A stretch of 64,000 bases of DNA. Source: an uncultured Gemmatimonadales bacterium. Lineage in GTDB: Bacteria > Gemmatimonadota > Gemmatimonadetes > Gemmatimonadales > GWC2-71-9. The notes under the pieces were generated by a model, which did not search any database, was not told where the DNA came from, and was given only the letters and a program-made list of their open reading frames with translations. This document shows positions 55,783-64,000 of the stretch, one piece after another (position 1 is the first letter of the stretch; the number at the start of each line of letters is the position of its first letter). The stretch is taken from NCBI GenBank assembly GCA_963846435.1, contig CAWJVX010000007.1, positions 88,817 through 152,816 on the forward strand. The letters run 5' to 3'. The translations under genes were made by a program, and so were the position numbers.

Positions 55783-58496
55783 GTGAAATCCCTGGCAGCT
55801 GACAGGTACAGTGGGTACAGCTCTTCCCGTCCCTCGATATATCCATTCCCGTCGGTATCGGCGAAGGCCCGGTAGCGCATCGACTCGTAGGGGATCTCCT
55901 CCGGGTGAGCCTGGTACGCCGCCTCCGCTAGAGCTTCAACGCCCTCGACATCGGGACCGGGTTGCCCAGTGTCCCTCCGCACCGCAACGATATTCCGCCG
56001 GTTCAGCAGGTTTCTGACATCCAGATATACCCCGCCACGCACCGCGCCGAGCCTCAGCGGCCTGCGGACCAGCAGATCGATCGTCATCGTGGCCGGCAGC
56101 CGTGCGTCGTTCGGCAGGCCGAGCAATGAATCACCGGCCGGGGTGCTGCGGGAGAACGGCAACCCCGAGCTGAGCCGCACGATCGCGGCGCTCTCCAGTC
56201 CCGCCAGCAACCGCGCGCCGAGCAGGCGGGGCCCGGTTTCAGCCGGCACCCGGCTCCGGAGAATGACCGTGGCCGTGTGGCGGCGGTCGTAGTCGAGCGG
56301 AAACTCGGCCCGGGCCGGGCGGATAGTGTCTCCAGTGACCGGATCAACCGAGATCAGACGGTTCAGCAGAAATGCGTCGGTCGCGGTCGCGGTGGCCTGT
56401 TGCAGGGTGTACGCTACCCTTACACCGAACCAGCCACGCAGCTCTCGCTCGAACAGCAGCTCCGCTCCCTTGACGCTTCCCGCGTCCGCGTTTCCGAAGA
56501 TGGTGGAATCCGGATCGAGCCCCAGCGGCACCGACGCTACCAGGCCGTCGAGTCGTTTCGCGTAGACCCCGAGCCGAAGTGAGGTGACCGGTGTAGGGCG
56601 GAGTCGCAGGCTGAACTCGTATTGCGTGGCCTCTTCAAAGCCGATATTGGGGTTGCCGCGACGGAACCGTCCCGTCCTGGTGGTGTCGTCGAACGCGGCG
56701 TCGGCCAGGTACTGATAATCGGGAGCCTGCGCGAACCTCCCGTAGCTGGCCACGAACGTGGCCTTGGCGAGGACGGTTGACACTGCAAAGCGCGGGCTGA
56801 GCCGGCGGCGGGAGCCGCGCGATTCGGCCGCAAGCTCGCTGCCGGCATTGAACTGGTCGTACCGCAGGCCTGCGGTAAACGCGAGATCCGCCAGTCGGAT
56901 CTGGGTCTCGAGGTATCCGGCGGCGCTGGCGGGAGAGAAGCTGGAGATGGCGGCCGGCGGCACATCCCCGCCCACCGGCAGATATCCCAGAGCACGCTGG
57001 AAGGTGCGAACCTGCTGCCGCGTCAGCTCGGCCCCGGCGTAGAGATCCACCTGCTCGCTCGCTCCGTAGGTTATATCGAGCTGTCCTCGGGTCTCGCCGA
57101 ATCGGCTCCAGCCCAGCTCGCCACGTGAGCCGTGGCCCATGAAAAAGGCGGGCACTCCCCAGGGTGTGGCGGTGCTCAGGTCGGGCACCAGGAGACCCGC
57201 GATCGGAGCGTCGGCCGCATCCTGGGCCCGGGCCATATCCTCACCCAGGAAGTGGAATCGCCGGCCGGTGAGTGCGCCCACTGCGTAGTCCACCTCTCCA
57301 TCCAGCGTGCCGCGCAGAAAGTCCCGGGTGAACCGGCCTACCCGGAGATCCGCGATCAGGGTTTTGCGGCCGGGCCTGCTGGCGTACTGTACGTGGCCGG
57401 TGAACAGATCTCCCCGGAGGCGCCGCGCCGGCGCAAAGTCCAGGTCGTACTTGTACGCGTGGTCATACAGCAGGCCCTGATCTTCAGAGTGGATACCCAG
57501 CGTGCGCAGAGTAAGTTGATCGGTCAGCGGCAGCGTGATCTTGCCCAGCGCGGTCCACTGCTCGCCGCTGTTATGGGGCAGCATCGTGGGAGACGCGTTT
57601 CGGGGATCCAGGGGCTCGGTTGGTCCCGGCGCGTTTACCGGATCAGCGTCGAGCCTGCCCGATATGTCGATGGCAGCCACCGCTCCAACTCGCCCGACGA
57701 TTGGACCATCGGCCTGTGCGACGAACCGGTCCAGGCCCAGGTCCCAGCTTCCGCCGAACGGGCGATCGGTCTCGTAGCCCAGGCGGCCCTGCCAGCGGTT
57801 TCCCGGCTCCTTGGTCACCACGTTGACCAGGCCGGAGAGTGCCTGGCCGTAGCGGGCGGAGAAGCCGTTGGTGACGAGAGACGCCTCACTCAGCACGTCG
57901 GGAGGTATTAGCAGGCCGAGCCCACCGTTGGCCGCGTCGAGCTGGTTCTTTACGCCGAGGCCATCCAGGATGAACGATTCCTCGCCCAGCCTGCCACCGC
58001 GATAGCTCTGACCCACGCTCCCCGCCGACAGGGCCAGTGCCTCCTCCAGCGAGCTCACCGGCAGCTCGCGCAGGTCCTCCGCGCTGATCTTCTGCTCGGT
58101 TGCGGTGGCAAGAGGGTCGAGCAGCGGGTCCACCGGAGCCGTCACCACCAGCGGGGCCAGCTGGAGCGGGTTTGTCTCCAGTGAGAAGTCCAGCGTGGCG
58201 GTCGCGCCGGCGCGGACGAAGACGCTGTCCTGTACCACGCTCCGATAGCCGATGTGACGAGCCGCGATGCGGTGCCAACCACTGCGTATGCCACGGACCC
58301 GGTACATGCCCGCCGTGTCGGCAACAGCCCGGAACCGGTCATCCACCAGCACCTGCGCATCCGACAGACCCAGCCCAGACTGGGCGTCGAGCACCCGGCC
58401 CGCAACGGCCCCCTCGGCCTGAGCGATGGCGGCGCGCGGAGCCACGACGGCCAAGGCCGACGCAGTCACAGCCAACCAGGCCGCCTGGCGGATCAC
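55719..58496 (-). CDS. TonB-dependent receptor-like outer-membrane protein with carboxypeptidase-regulatory-like N-domain
   Basis: Signal peptide. AVAGRVLDAQSGLGLSDAQVLV...YRVRGIRSGWHRIAARHIGY (CarboxypepD_reg-like). Plug and barrel. C-terminal RLGIEFLF. Confidence 0.85.
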   Translation of the reverse strand: MIRQAAWLAVTASALAVVAPRAAIAQAEGAVAGRVLDAQSGLGLSDAQVLVDDRFRAVADTAGMYRVRGIRSGWHRIAARHIGYRSVVQDSVFVRAGATATLDFSLETNPLQLAPLVVTAPVDPLLDPLATATEQKISAEDLRELPVSSLEEALALSAGSVGQSYRGGRLGEESFILDGLGVKNQLDAANGGLGLLIPPDVLSEASLVTNGFSARYGQALSGLVNVVTKEPGNRWQGRLGYETDRPFGGSWDLGLDRFVAQADGPIVGRVGAVAAIDISGRLDADPVNAPGPTEPLDPRNASPTMLPHNSGEQWTALGKITLPLTDQLTLRTLGIHSEDQGLLYDHAYKYDLDFAPARRLRGDLFTGHVQYASRPGRKTLIADLRVGRFTRDFLRGTLDGEVDYAVGALTGRRFHFLGEDMARAQDAADAPIAGLLVPDLSTATPWGVPAFFMGHGSRGELGWSRFGETRGQLDITYGASEQVDLYAGAELTRQQVRTFQRALGYLPVGGDVPPAAISSFSPASAAGYLETQIRLADLAFTAGLRYDQFNAGSELAAESRGSRRRLSPRFAVSTVLAKATFVASYGRFAQAPDYQYLADAAFDDTTRTGRFRRGNPNIGFEEATQYEFSLRLRPTPVTSLRLGVYAKRLDGLVASVPLGLDPDSTIFGNADAGSVKGAELLFERELRGWFGVRVAYTLQQATATATDAFLLNRLISVDPVTGDTIRPARAEFPLDYDRRHTATVILRSRVPAETGPRLLGARLLAGLESAAIVRLSSGLPFSRSTPAGDSLLGLPNDARLPATMTIDLLVRRPLRLGAVRGGVYLDVRNLLNRRNIVAVRRDTGQPGPDVEGVEALAEAAYQAHPEEIPYESMRYRAFADTDGNGYIEGREELYPLYLSAARDFTQPLFAYGPPRLLRLGIEFLF

Positions 58497-59644
58497 GGTA
58501 GACCGTACAGATACAGGTCGCCTGCCCGGCTCACTAGCGTGTCAGGTGGCAGAGTGTCCTCCACATCGCGAATAATGAGCAGTGGATAAACCTCAACGAC
58601 CACAGCAGAGCCGGAGGGCGAGATCTGGGGACGCCGGGATAATCCCGGTCCATCCAACACCACATCGGTTCCCGAACCGGTGTTTACAACGTGCAGCACC
58701 CCACCACTGTCCCACTGCATGGGCCCAAATGACGGCTCGATTCCGTAGGTCACTCGGCCGCCTACGACTGCGGCCAGCCGGTCTCCCACCACGTTAACGT
58801 CCCGCGCCATTCCCGCGGCGCCAAAATCGTGTGCGATGGCCACGGCGCCGGTGGACAGCGTGCGGCGATAGACCCGCGAATCCCCACTCAGGGTGTAGTA
58901 GATCTCGTCGGAGTTGTTCCCGACCGACACCCCGGAGGCGTTCTCGGTTCCGGGAATCCGCTGGGGGGTATTACCCGGCGAACGCAGATCCAAAGACACC
59001 ACGTCGAGACCGGTGGCCAACGTGTCCCATGTACTGCAGGTGTCACAGGTGGGTCGGAAGTCCACTCGCTCACCCAGGTACAACAGGGCCTCCGGACTCA
59101 ACCAGCGTAGCTGCGAGGCGCCGGAGTGGAGCCTCCCGTCAGGCAGGGTATAGGGCAGAGACTTGAGAAGGGTGCGAGTCTCCGGGTTCAAATGAGGGCT
59201 CACCGAGATCGCGGCACTTCCTGGCGGGATGGCGCCGACGTGAGAGCCGAGTGCCACGAACGCCAGCCGGCCATCGGGTCCCGGTGACGGAGACTCGATG
59301 GCGTCGGTAGCGCCGGTCCCGGCGGTTGTAAGGTCGCACGTCTGCTGCCGCTGGCGTCCTCCAGTAGCAGGAATGAGGGAGAAGCACACGTCCTTGTCGC
59401 TACGGCCCAGCTGCTGGGAGGAGTAGACGATGCCGGTGCCATCAGGCAGCCAGGCCGCTCCCCGGTCGGGCCCCCGATTGAACGTCAACTGTACCGGAGG
59501 TGCTCCGTCGAACGGCAGGTCGGTTCCGGTAGGGGGTGCGACAAAAGCGTCCGTATGCCCGCATCCGAGCAGCGGGAGCAGGACCAACAGGGCACGTAGT
59601 TTTCCGGGGTCCCGCTGCACCGCTAGTCTGGCCATATGTGTCAT
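58493..59644 (-). CDS. lipoprotein with TolB-like beta-propeller repeats
   Basis: LVLLPLLGCG lipobox. Repeated ..W.PDG..I.Y-type blades (AAWLPDGTGIVYSS, SPGPDGRLAFVA). The stop overlaps the receptor start by 4 nt. Confidence 0.65.
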   Translation of the reverse strand: MTHMARLAVQRDPGKLRALLVLLPLLGCGHTDAFVAPPTGTDLPFDGAPPVQLTFNRGPDRGAAWLPDGTGIVYSSQQLGRSDKDVCFSLIPATGGRQRQQTCDLTTAGTGATDAIESPSPGPDGRLAFVALGSHVGAIPPGSAAISVSPHLNPETRTLLKSLPYTLPDGRLHSGASQLRWLSPEALLYLGERVDFRPTCDTCSTWDTLATGLDVVSLDLRSPGNTPQRIPGTENASGVSVGNNSDEIYYTLSGDSRVYRRTLSTGAVAIAHDFGAAGMARDVNVVGDRLAAVVGGRVTYGIEPSFGPMQWDSGGVLHVVNTGSGTDVVLDGPGLSRRPQISPSGSAVVVEVYPLLIIRDVEDTLPPDTLVSRAGDLYLYGLP

Positions 59645-59766
59645 TACTGTGTCGGGAGGGGCGCTGATCGTCAGGGGGACGCCCACCTGGCAGGGCGGCG
59701 CACAGGCCGCCATCCCCCCAACTGGTTGCGCTTGCATAGCCTCGGAGGGAAGGAGATCATGGAGCT

Positions 59767-60897
59767 ATGAACGGCTGGATTGGTACCGCCGCAGGCCTCG
59801 AGACACCGGTCCCGCTGGTGGACCTCGATCGCCTCGAGCGTAATCTGGAGCGAATGGCCGCCTACGCCAGGTCGCACCGGCTGGCACTCCGGCCTCATAC
59901 CAAGACCCACAAATCTCCCCGCATTGCCGCCGAGCAACTACGCCAAGGAGCCGTCGGACTCACCTGCGCCACACCGCTGGAGGTGGAGGTGATGGCTGAG
60001 GTCGCCGATGACGTTCTCCTGGCGTATCCGCCGGTGGGCCCTTCGAAGCTCAAGCGGTTGATGGAGCTCCCCGGCGGGCTCGATCTCACGGTGGCCCTCG
60101 ACTCGATCAGTGTGGCGGAGCAGCTGGCACGGGTGGCCCGGGAGCGGGGCCGGACAGTGGGAGTGTATCTGGAGCTGGATCTGGGATTGCACCGGGTTGG
60201 CCTCTCCGCGCTGGACGACGTCCTGGCTCTGGCCCGCCGGGTGGCCGCGATGCCACCCTTGGTATATCGCGGCATCACCTTCTATCCGGGGCATATCCGG
60301 GGTCCGGTCGGCGAACACGCCGCCGAGCTCGAGCGACTCCGCACCACGCTTGGAGCATCGATTGCCCGATTGAAGCAGGCCGGCCTCGAGCCGGCCGTGG
60401 TGAGTGGTGGTTCGACGCCGACTGTGTGGCGGACCCACGAGATTGATGGTGTGACAGAGTTCCGGCCGGGCACCTACGTCTACAACGACCGGATCACGGC
60501 CCAGATCGGCGCCTGCCAGTGGACCGACTGCGCTCTCACCGTGCTCGCCACCGTCGTGAGCACCGCTGTTCCCGGCCAGGCGGTGATCGACGCCGGCAGC
60601 AAGGCTCTGGGCCGTGAGCCGCCCAGCCGGGAAGGAGATGGGTTCGGTGCTCTGCTGGACCGGCCCGAGGTCACCGTGCAGAGACTTTCGGAGGAGCACG
60701 GGATCCTCGACCTCCGGGACAGCAACTGGCGCCCCGAGGTCGGCGAGCAGGTGCGCGTGGTGCCCAACCACGTCTGTATCGCCGTGCACCTGCACGAAGT
60801 GATCTACGGAGTCCGCGGAAGCCAAGTAGAAACCAGCTGGCCGGTGGTGGCACGGGGCAGACAACCGCTGGTGAAGAGTCGAGAGTCCAGGGTCTAG
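59767..60897 (+). CDS. PLP-dependent D-threonine aldolase / D-serine dehydratase-like (alanine racemase N-terminal fold)
   Basis: LETPVPLVDLDRLERNLERMA...RPHTKTHKSPRIA (PLP lysine context)...PNHVCI. Confidence 0.8.
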   Translation: MNGWIGTAAGLETPVPLVDLDRLERNLERMAAYARSHRLALRPHTKTHKSPRIAAEQLRQGAVGLTCATPLEVEVMAEVADDVLLAYPPVGPSKLKRLMELPGGLDLTVALDSISVAEQLARVARERGRTVGVYLELDLGLHRVGLSALDDVLALARRVAAMPPLVYRGITFYPGHIRGPVGEHAAELERLRTTLGASIARLKQAGLEPAVVSGGSTPTVWRTHEIDGVTEFRPGTYVYNDRITAQIGACQWTDCALTVLATVVSTAVPGQAVIDAGSKALGREPPSREGDGFGALLDRPEVTVQRLSEEHGILDLRDSNWRPEVGEQVRVVPNHVCIAVHLHEVIYGVRGSQVETSWPVVARGRQPLVKSRESRV

Positions 60898-60905
60898 AAA
60901 GCGAT

Positions 60906-60935
60906 GGACCCTTGACCCCTGACCCTTGACCCTAG
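60906..60935. repeat. CCTTGAC/CCCTGAC short-period repeat related to 23444-23474
   Basis: ggacccttgacccctgacccttgaccctag, read directly. Confidence 0.85.
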
Positions 60936-60949
60936 TTCCTTCGACCTCG

Positions 60950-62377
60950 ATGCTCCTCAGACGTTTCTACGATCCCAAGCTTGCCCAGGCCAGCTATCTC
61001 GTCGGTTGCAGCTCCACCGGTGAGGCGCTGGTAGTCGATCCGAACCGGGACATCGACCCCTATCTCCAGGCGGCCGATGCCGAGGGAATGAGGGTCGCAC
61101 ACGTGACCGAGACCCACATCCACGCCGACTTCGTGTCCGGCGCCCGCGAGCTGGCCCACCGCGCCGGCGCGCGCCTGTATCTGTCGGACGCCGGCGGAGA
61201 CAGCTGGCGCTACGGCTACTCCGGCGAGGCGGGAGCGACGCCGTTGCACGAGGGATCGCGGGTGCAGGTTGGCACGGTGGAGGTGCAGGTGATGCACACT
61301 CCGGGACACACCCCCGAGCACCTGTGCCTGCTGGTCACCGATACCACGACCGCCACCGAGCCGATGGGCGCATTCACCGGAGATTTCGTGTTCGTGGGAG
61401 ACGTTGGCCGGCCCGATTTGCTCGAGCGTGCCGCCCGGATGCGGGGCACAATGGAGGACAGCGCCCGCCAGTTGTTCCAATCGCTGCAGCGGTTCCGCGC
61501 CCAGCCCGATTACCTCCAGATCTGGCCAGGACATGGGGCGGGGTCGGCTTGCGGCAAGTCGCTCGGCGCGGTGCCGCAGAGCACGCTGGGGTACGAGAAA
61601 CGCTTCAACTGGGCCTTCGGTATTGCCGACGAATCGGAGTTCGTGCGCGCGGTACTCGCGGGGCAACCCGACCCTCCCCGCTACTTCGCCGAGATGAAGC
61701 GCATCAATCAATCCGGCCCCCGTCTCCTGGGCGGCCTCCGCCGGCCGGCCCGGCTTCCGGTGGGAACCCTTGCCAGCGTGCTGGAGCAGGGCGGAACCGT
61801 GGTGGACACCCGGCAGGCGCCGGAGTTCGTGCTGGGTGCAGTACCCGGAACAATCAACATCCCGGGCAACCGGGCCTTCACCACCTGGGCCGGCTCGCTG
61901 CTTGCCTACGAGCGAGACTTCTATCTCATCCTCGACGATCGCAGAGTGCACACGGCAGACGAGCTGGTGCGGGATCTCGCCGGAATCGGGCTCGATCGCC
62001 TGGCGGGGTACTTCGGTACCGAGGTCGTGGAGGCGTGGCGCACCTCGAGAGGACATCTTCAGTCCACGCCAACTCTGACACTGGTGGACGTCGTGGCCCA
62101 GCTCGAGGCCAATCACGCCGTGCTGCTCGACGTCCGCGCCGAACGGGAGTGGGCGCAGGGCCACGCGCCGGGGTCGCTCAATCTGCCGGTCGGCGACCTG
62201 GAGCAGCGCCTTAATGAGGTCCCGCGGGATCGTTCCCTCATCGTGCACTGCCAGACCGGGGCCCGCGCAGCCATGGCAGCCAGTCTCCTGCAGTCACGCG
62301 GGTTCCGTGATGTGAGGCTGTTCCCCGGTGGGTTTGCCGAATGGCACGCGGCGGGGAAGGAGGTGGAAAGAGAATAG
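60950..62377 (+). CDS. MBL-fold persulfide dioxygenase fused to rhodanese domains
   Basis: MLLRRFYDPKLAQASYLVGC...ETHIHADFVSG...HTPGHTPEH. C-terminal rhodanese active-site loop HCQTGARA. Confidence 0.85.
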   Translation: MLLRRFYDPKLAQASYLVGCSSTGEALVVDPNRDIDPYLQAADAEGMRVAHVTETHIHADFVSGARELAHRAGARLYLSDAGGDSWRYGYSGEAGATPLHEGSRVQVGTVEVQVMHTPGHTPEHLCLLVTDTTTATEPMGAFTGDFVFVGDVGRPDLLERAARMRGTMEDSARQLFQSLQRFRAQPDYLQIWPGHGAGSACGKSLGAVPQSTLGYEKRFNWAFGIADESEFVRAVLAGQPDPPRYFAEMKRINQSGPRLLGGLRRPARLPVGTLASVLEQGGTVVDTRQAPEFVLGAVPGTINIPGNRAFTTWAGSLLAYERDFYLILDDRRVHTADELVRDLAGIGLDRLAGYFGTEVVEAWRTSRGHLQSTPTLTLVDVVAQLEANHAVLLDVRAEREWAQGHAPGSLNLPVGDLEQRLNEVPRDRSLIVHCQTGARAAMAASLLQSRGFRDVRLFPGGFAEWHAAGKEVERE

Positions 62378-62417
62378 GCACTCAGTTGCGGCAGGGTTGA
62401 TGGTAGCAGACAGCTGT

Positions 62418-62638
62418 GTCATCCTGAGTGCAGCGAAGGATCTGCCGAAATGGGCCGGGATCGCTCTTACTACGTCTACCTCATGGCGAGTCACTCTCAA
62501 GTCCTCTACATTGGCACGACATCCGACTTGTTGCGGCGTGTATACCAGCACGAGGCAGGGCTCCTGCGAGGGTTTACGTCAAGATAAGGTTGGTTTCAGG
62601 TCCTGACGGGGCAGATCCTTCGCTTCGCTCAGGATGAC
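62418..62638. mobile_element. 221-bp element bounded by 26-bp imperfect inverted repeats (23 of 26 match) and containing a truncated GIY-YIG ORF
   Basis: Left arm gtcatcctgagtgcagcgaaggatct (62418-62443). The reverse complement of the right arm (62613-62638) is gtcatcctgagcgaagcgaaggatct. Confidence 0.7.
62450..62587 (+). pseudogene. GIY-YIG nuclease family (UPF0213-like) gene remnant, N-terminal half only
   Basis: My own translation: MGRDRSYYVYLMASHSQVLYIGTTSDLLRRVYQHEAGLLRGFTSR*. It matches the YYVY..A......LYIG.T.DL.RRV..H......GFT pattern but stops after 45 aa. Confidence 0.65.
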
Positions 62639-62661
62639 AACTCTCCGAAAAGGGACCGTCC

Positions 62662-63108
62662 ATGCTCAAGGAGTTCAAGGCGTTCATCATGCGCGGCAAC
62701 GTGCTCGATCTTGCCGTGGGCATCATCATCGGGGGCGCGTTCGGTACCATCGTGAAGTCACTGGTGGACGACGTGATCATGCCCCCCATCGGGCTGGCGC
62801 TGGGCAACGTCGATTTCGCCAACCTGTTCCTGCTGCTGAAGGCGGGGCCGAAGGGAGCGCCGCCCTACGCGACGCTGGCCGATGCCCAGGCCGCGGGAGC
62901 AGTCACCCTGAACTACGGCATGTTCATCAACAGTGTGGTGGCGTTCCTCATCGTCGCGTTTGCCATCTTCCTGGTGGTTCGGGCGGCGAACCGGCTGCGC
63001 CCGCCGGAGGCGGCCGCTGCGCCGAACACCAAGGACTGCCCCTACTGCCGGATGCCTATTCCGGTGGGGGCGGTGCGCTGTCCCCAGTGCACCTCGGAGC
63101 TAAAGTAG
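62662..63108 (+). CDS. mscL: large-conductance mechanosensitive channel with C-terminal zinc-ribbon-like tail
   Basis: [44 protein letters not shown]... The tail is [18 protein letters not shown]. Confidence 0.9.
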   Translation: MLKEFKAFIMRGNVLDLAVGIIIGGAFGTIVKSLVDDVIMPPIGLALGNVDFANLFLLLKAGPKGAPPYATLADAQAAGAVTLNYGMFINSVVAFLIVAFAIFLVVRAANRLRPPEAAAAPNTKDCPYCRMPIPVGAVRCPQCTSELK

Positions 63109-63127
63109 ACTTTGTTACATAAAGTAC

Positions 63128-63156
63128 TTGATGATCCTGAGATTTGCCGCTAGACT
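63128..63156 (+). promoter_or_regulatory. candidate sigma-70-type promoter (TTGATG-N17-TAGACT) placed for a leaderless transcript of the 63163 gene
   Basis: cTTGATGatcctgagatttgccgcTAGACTgcagccATG. The -10 element ends 6 nt before the ATG, and no Shine-Dalgarno sequence is present. Confidence 0.35.
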
Positions 63157-63162
63157 GCAGCC

Positions 63163-63777
63163 ATGACCATTCCGAGACCGACCCCGAGGGATCCGGCGGC
63201 CGCGCCGGCCCTCCACGCCCGGGCGATGGACAACCTGTCCTTCATCCGCTCGACCATGGAGCGGGCCACCGCCTTCACCGCGGTGCCGGGTTGGGGCGGG
63301 GTGGCCATGGGCGTGACGGCCCTGGCCGCCACGGCGCTGGCGCAACGAGCCGGCAGCCAGGGGGAATGGCTCACGATGTGGCTCGGAGCCTCGGTGCTGG
63401 CGCTCGCCATCGGTGGGTGGTCCATGCTGGTGAAGGCCAGAAGGGCAGGGACCTCGGTGTTTTCCTATTCCGGCCGGCGATTCGTCCTCAGCTATGTCCC
63501 CCCGCTGGTAGTAGGCGCCCTGCTCACCCTGGTCCTGGTGCGCGCGGGGCTGTACAGCGCACTGCCCGGCACCTGGCTCCTCCTCTACGGTACCGGTGTG
63601 GTGACCGGCGGCGCCTTCTCGGTGCGAGTGGTCCCCATCATGGGCCTTTGCTTCATGGCGCTCGGCGCCGTCGCGCTCCTGGCTCCACCGGTTTGGGGCG
63701 ATTGGCTGATGGCGGCAGGGTTCGGTGGTCTGCACATCATCTTCGGTCTGATCATCGCGGGGAGGTACGGTGGCTAA
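63163..63777 (+). CDS. hypothetical multi-pass membrane protein
   Basis: Five or six hydrophobic helices ([39 protein letters not shown], ...). The stop overlaps the next start. Confidence 0.55.
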   Translation: MTIPRPTPRDPAAAPALHARAMDNLSFIRSTMERATAFTAVPGWGGVAMGVTALAATALAQRAGSQGEWLTMWLGASVLALAIGGWSMLVKARRAGTSVFSYSGRRFVLSYVPPLVVGALLTLVLVRAGLYSALPGTWLLLYGTGVVTGGAFSVRVVPIMGLCFMALGAVALLAPPVWGDWLMAAGFGGLHIIFGLIIAGRYGG

Positions 63778-64000
63778 GTCCAACCTGGCCCAAAAGGCGC
63801 CCCAGGCAGGCAAAGCGGCTGAACGGCTTCGCGGCATCAAGGGAGACGCGGCGCGTCAGGGTCCGCTGGAGCTCGATCGTCTCATACATGAGCGAATGCG
63901 TCTGGCCATCGTGAGTGCGCTGGCGGTCAACGAGAGCCTGAGTTTCAACGACCTCAAGCGTCTCCTGGATACCACCGATGGCAATCTCAGCGTGCACGCC
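63770..64000 (+). CDS. winged-helix transcriptional regulator (HTH_34-like), 3' end beyond window
   Basis: My own translation from GTG 63770: ...[47 protein letters not shown]. This fits the LD..IH...RL.I...L........F..L...L..T.GNLS.H pattern. Confidence 0.6.
   Translation, partial: MAKSNLAQKAPQAGKAAERLRGIKGDAARQGPLELDRLIHERMRLAIVSALAVNESLSFNDLKRLLDTTDGNLSVHA

Noticed and set aside
1-64000. Search by eye for rRNA, tRNA, tmRNA, transposase, integrase, phage or known defence-system genes.
   Set aside because: None recognised. Intergenic regions are short, or are filled by the repeats described above. This is an eyeball negative, not a tRNAscan or Infernal result.

Overview
High-G+C (by eye about two thirds G+C) chromosomal segment from a diderm bacterium. 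The gene content feels Gemmatimonadota/Acidobacteriota-like, but I cannot verify that without a search. I support about 60 protein-coding genes. I recognised no rRNA, tRNA, CRISPR array, transposase, integrase or phage genes.

Gene content, in window order:
- cydAB quinol oxidase
- secreted TPR protein, MOSC protein, and a membrane-protein/VWA-lipoprotein pair
- GNAT, dodecin, Dps
- two hybrid histidine kinases and three Ser/Thr kinases; two of the kinases are paralogues with an N-terminal multi-TM domain
- two ECF sigma modules
- several alpha/beta hydrolases and a Tat-type ferritin-like pair
- fused aldolase/SDR gene
- DUF305 / beta-propeller / di-haem envelope cluster
- receiver / KaiC-like / kinase operon
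- DPP-IV peptidase
- the four-gene ligase-associated DNA damage response operon, with an extra MBL-fold ORF
- a five-gene SRPBCC/SDR/flavoprotein operon
- TonB-dependent receptor plus beta-propeller lipoprotein
- persulfide-dioxygenase/rhodanese fusion, and mscL

Points worth a second look:
1. Reading-frame breaks are strongly clustered, about 40 in total. Most fall in the DNA-repair operon (43.2-50.3 kb), cydAB and kaiC, while about 45 kb of other genes need none. An atypical MBL ORF in the middle of the shredded repair operon is intact.
2. The receiver / KaiC-like / GAF-PAS hybrid kinase operon has no KaiA or KaiB.
3. A pair of inverted GGACGGGC-type repeats with G-quadruplex potential lies inside the aldolase gene.
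4. A 26-bp inverted-repeat element (GTCATCCTGAG...) occurs twice, once enclosing a truncated GIY-YIG ORF.
5. Short-period (7-8 nt, or 15 nt) tandem repeats sit exactly at gene 3' ends.
6. Several translationally coupled operons have no assigned function.

All functional calls come from motif recognition in the supplied translations or my own hand translation. No database search was run.
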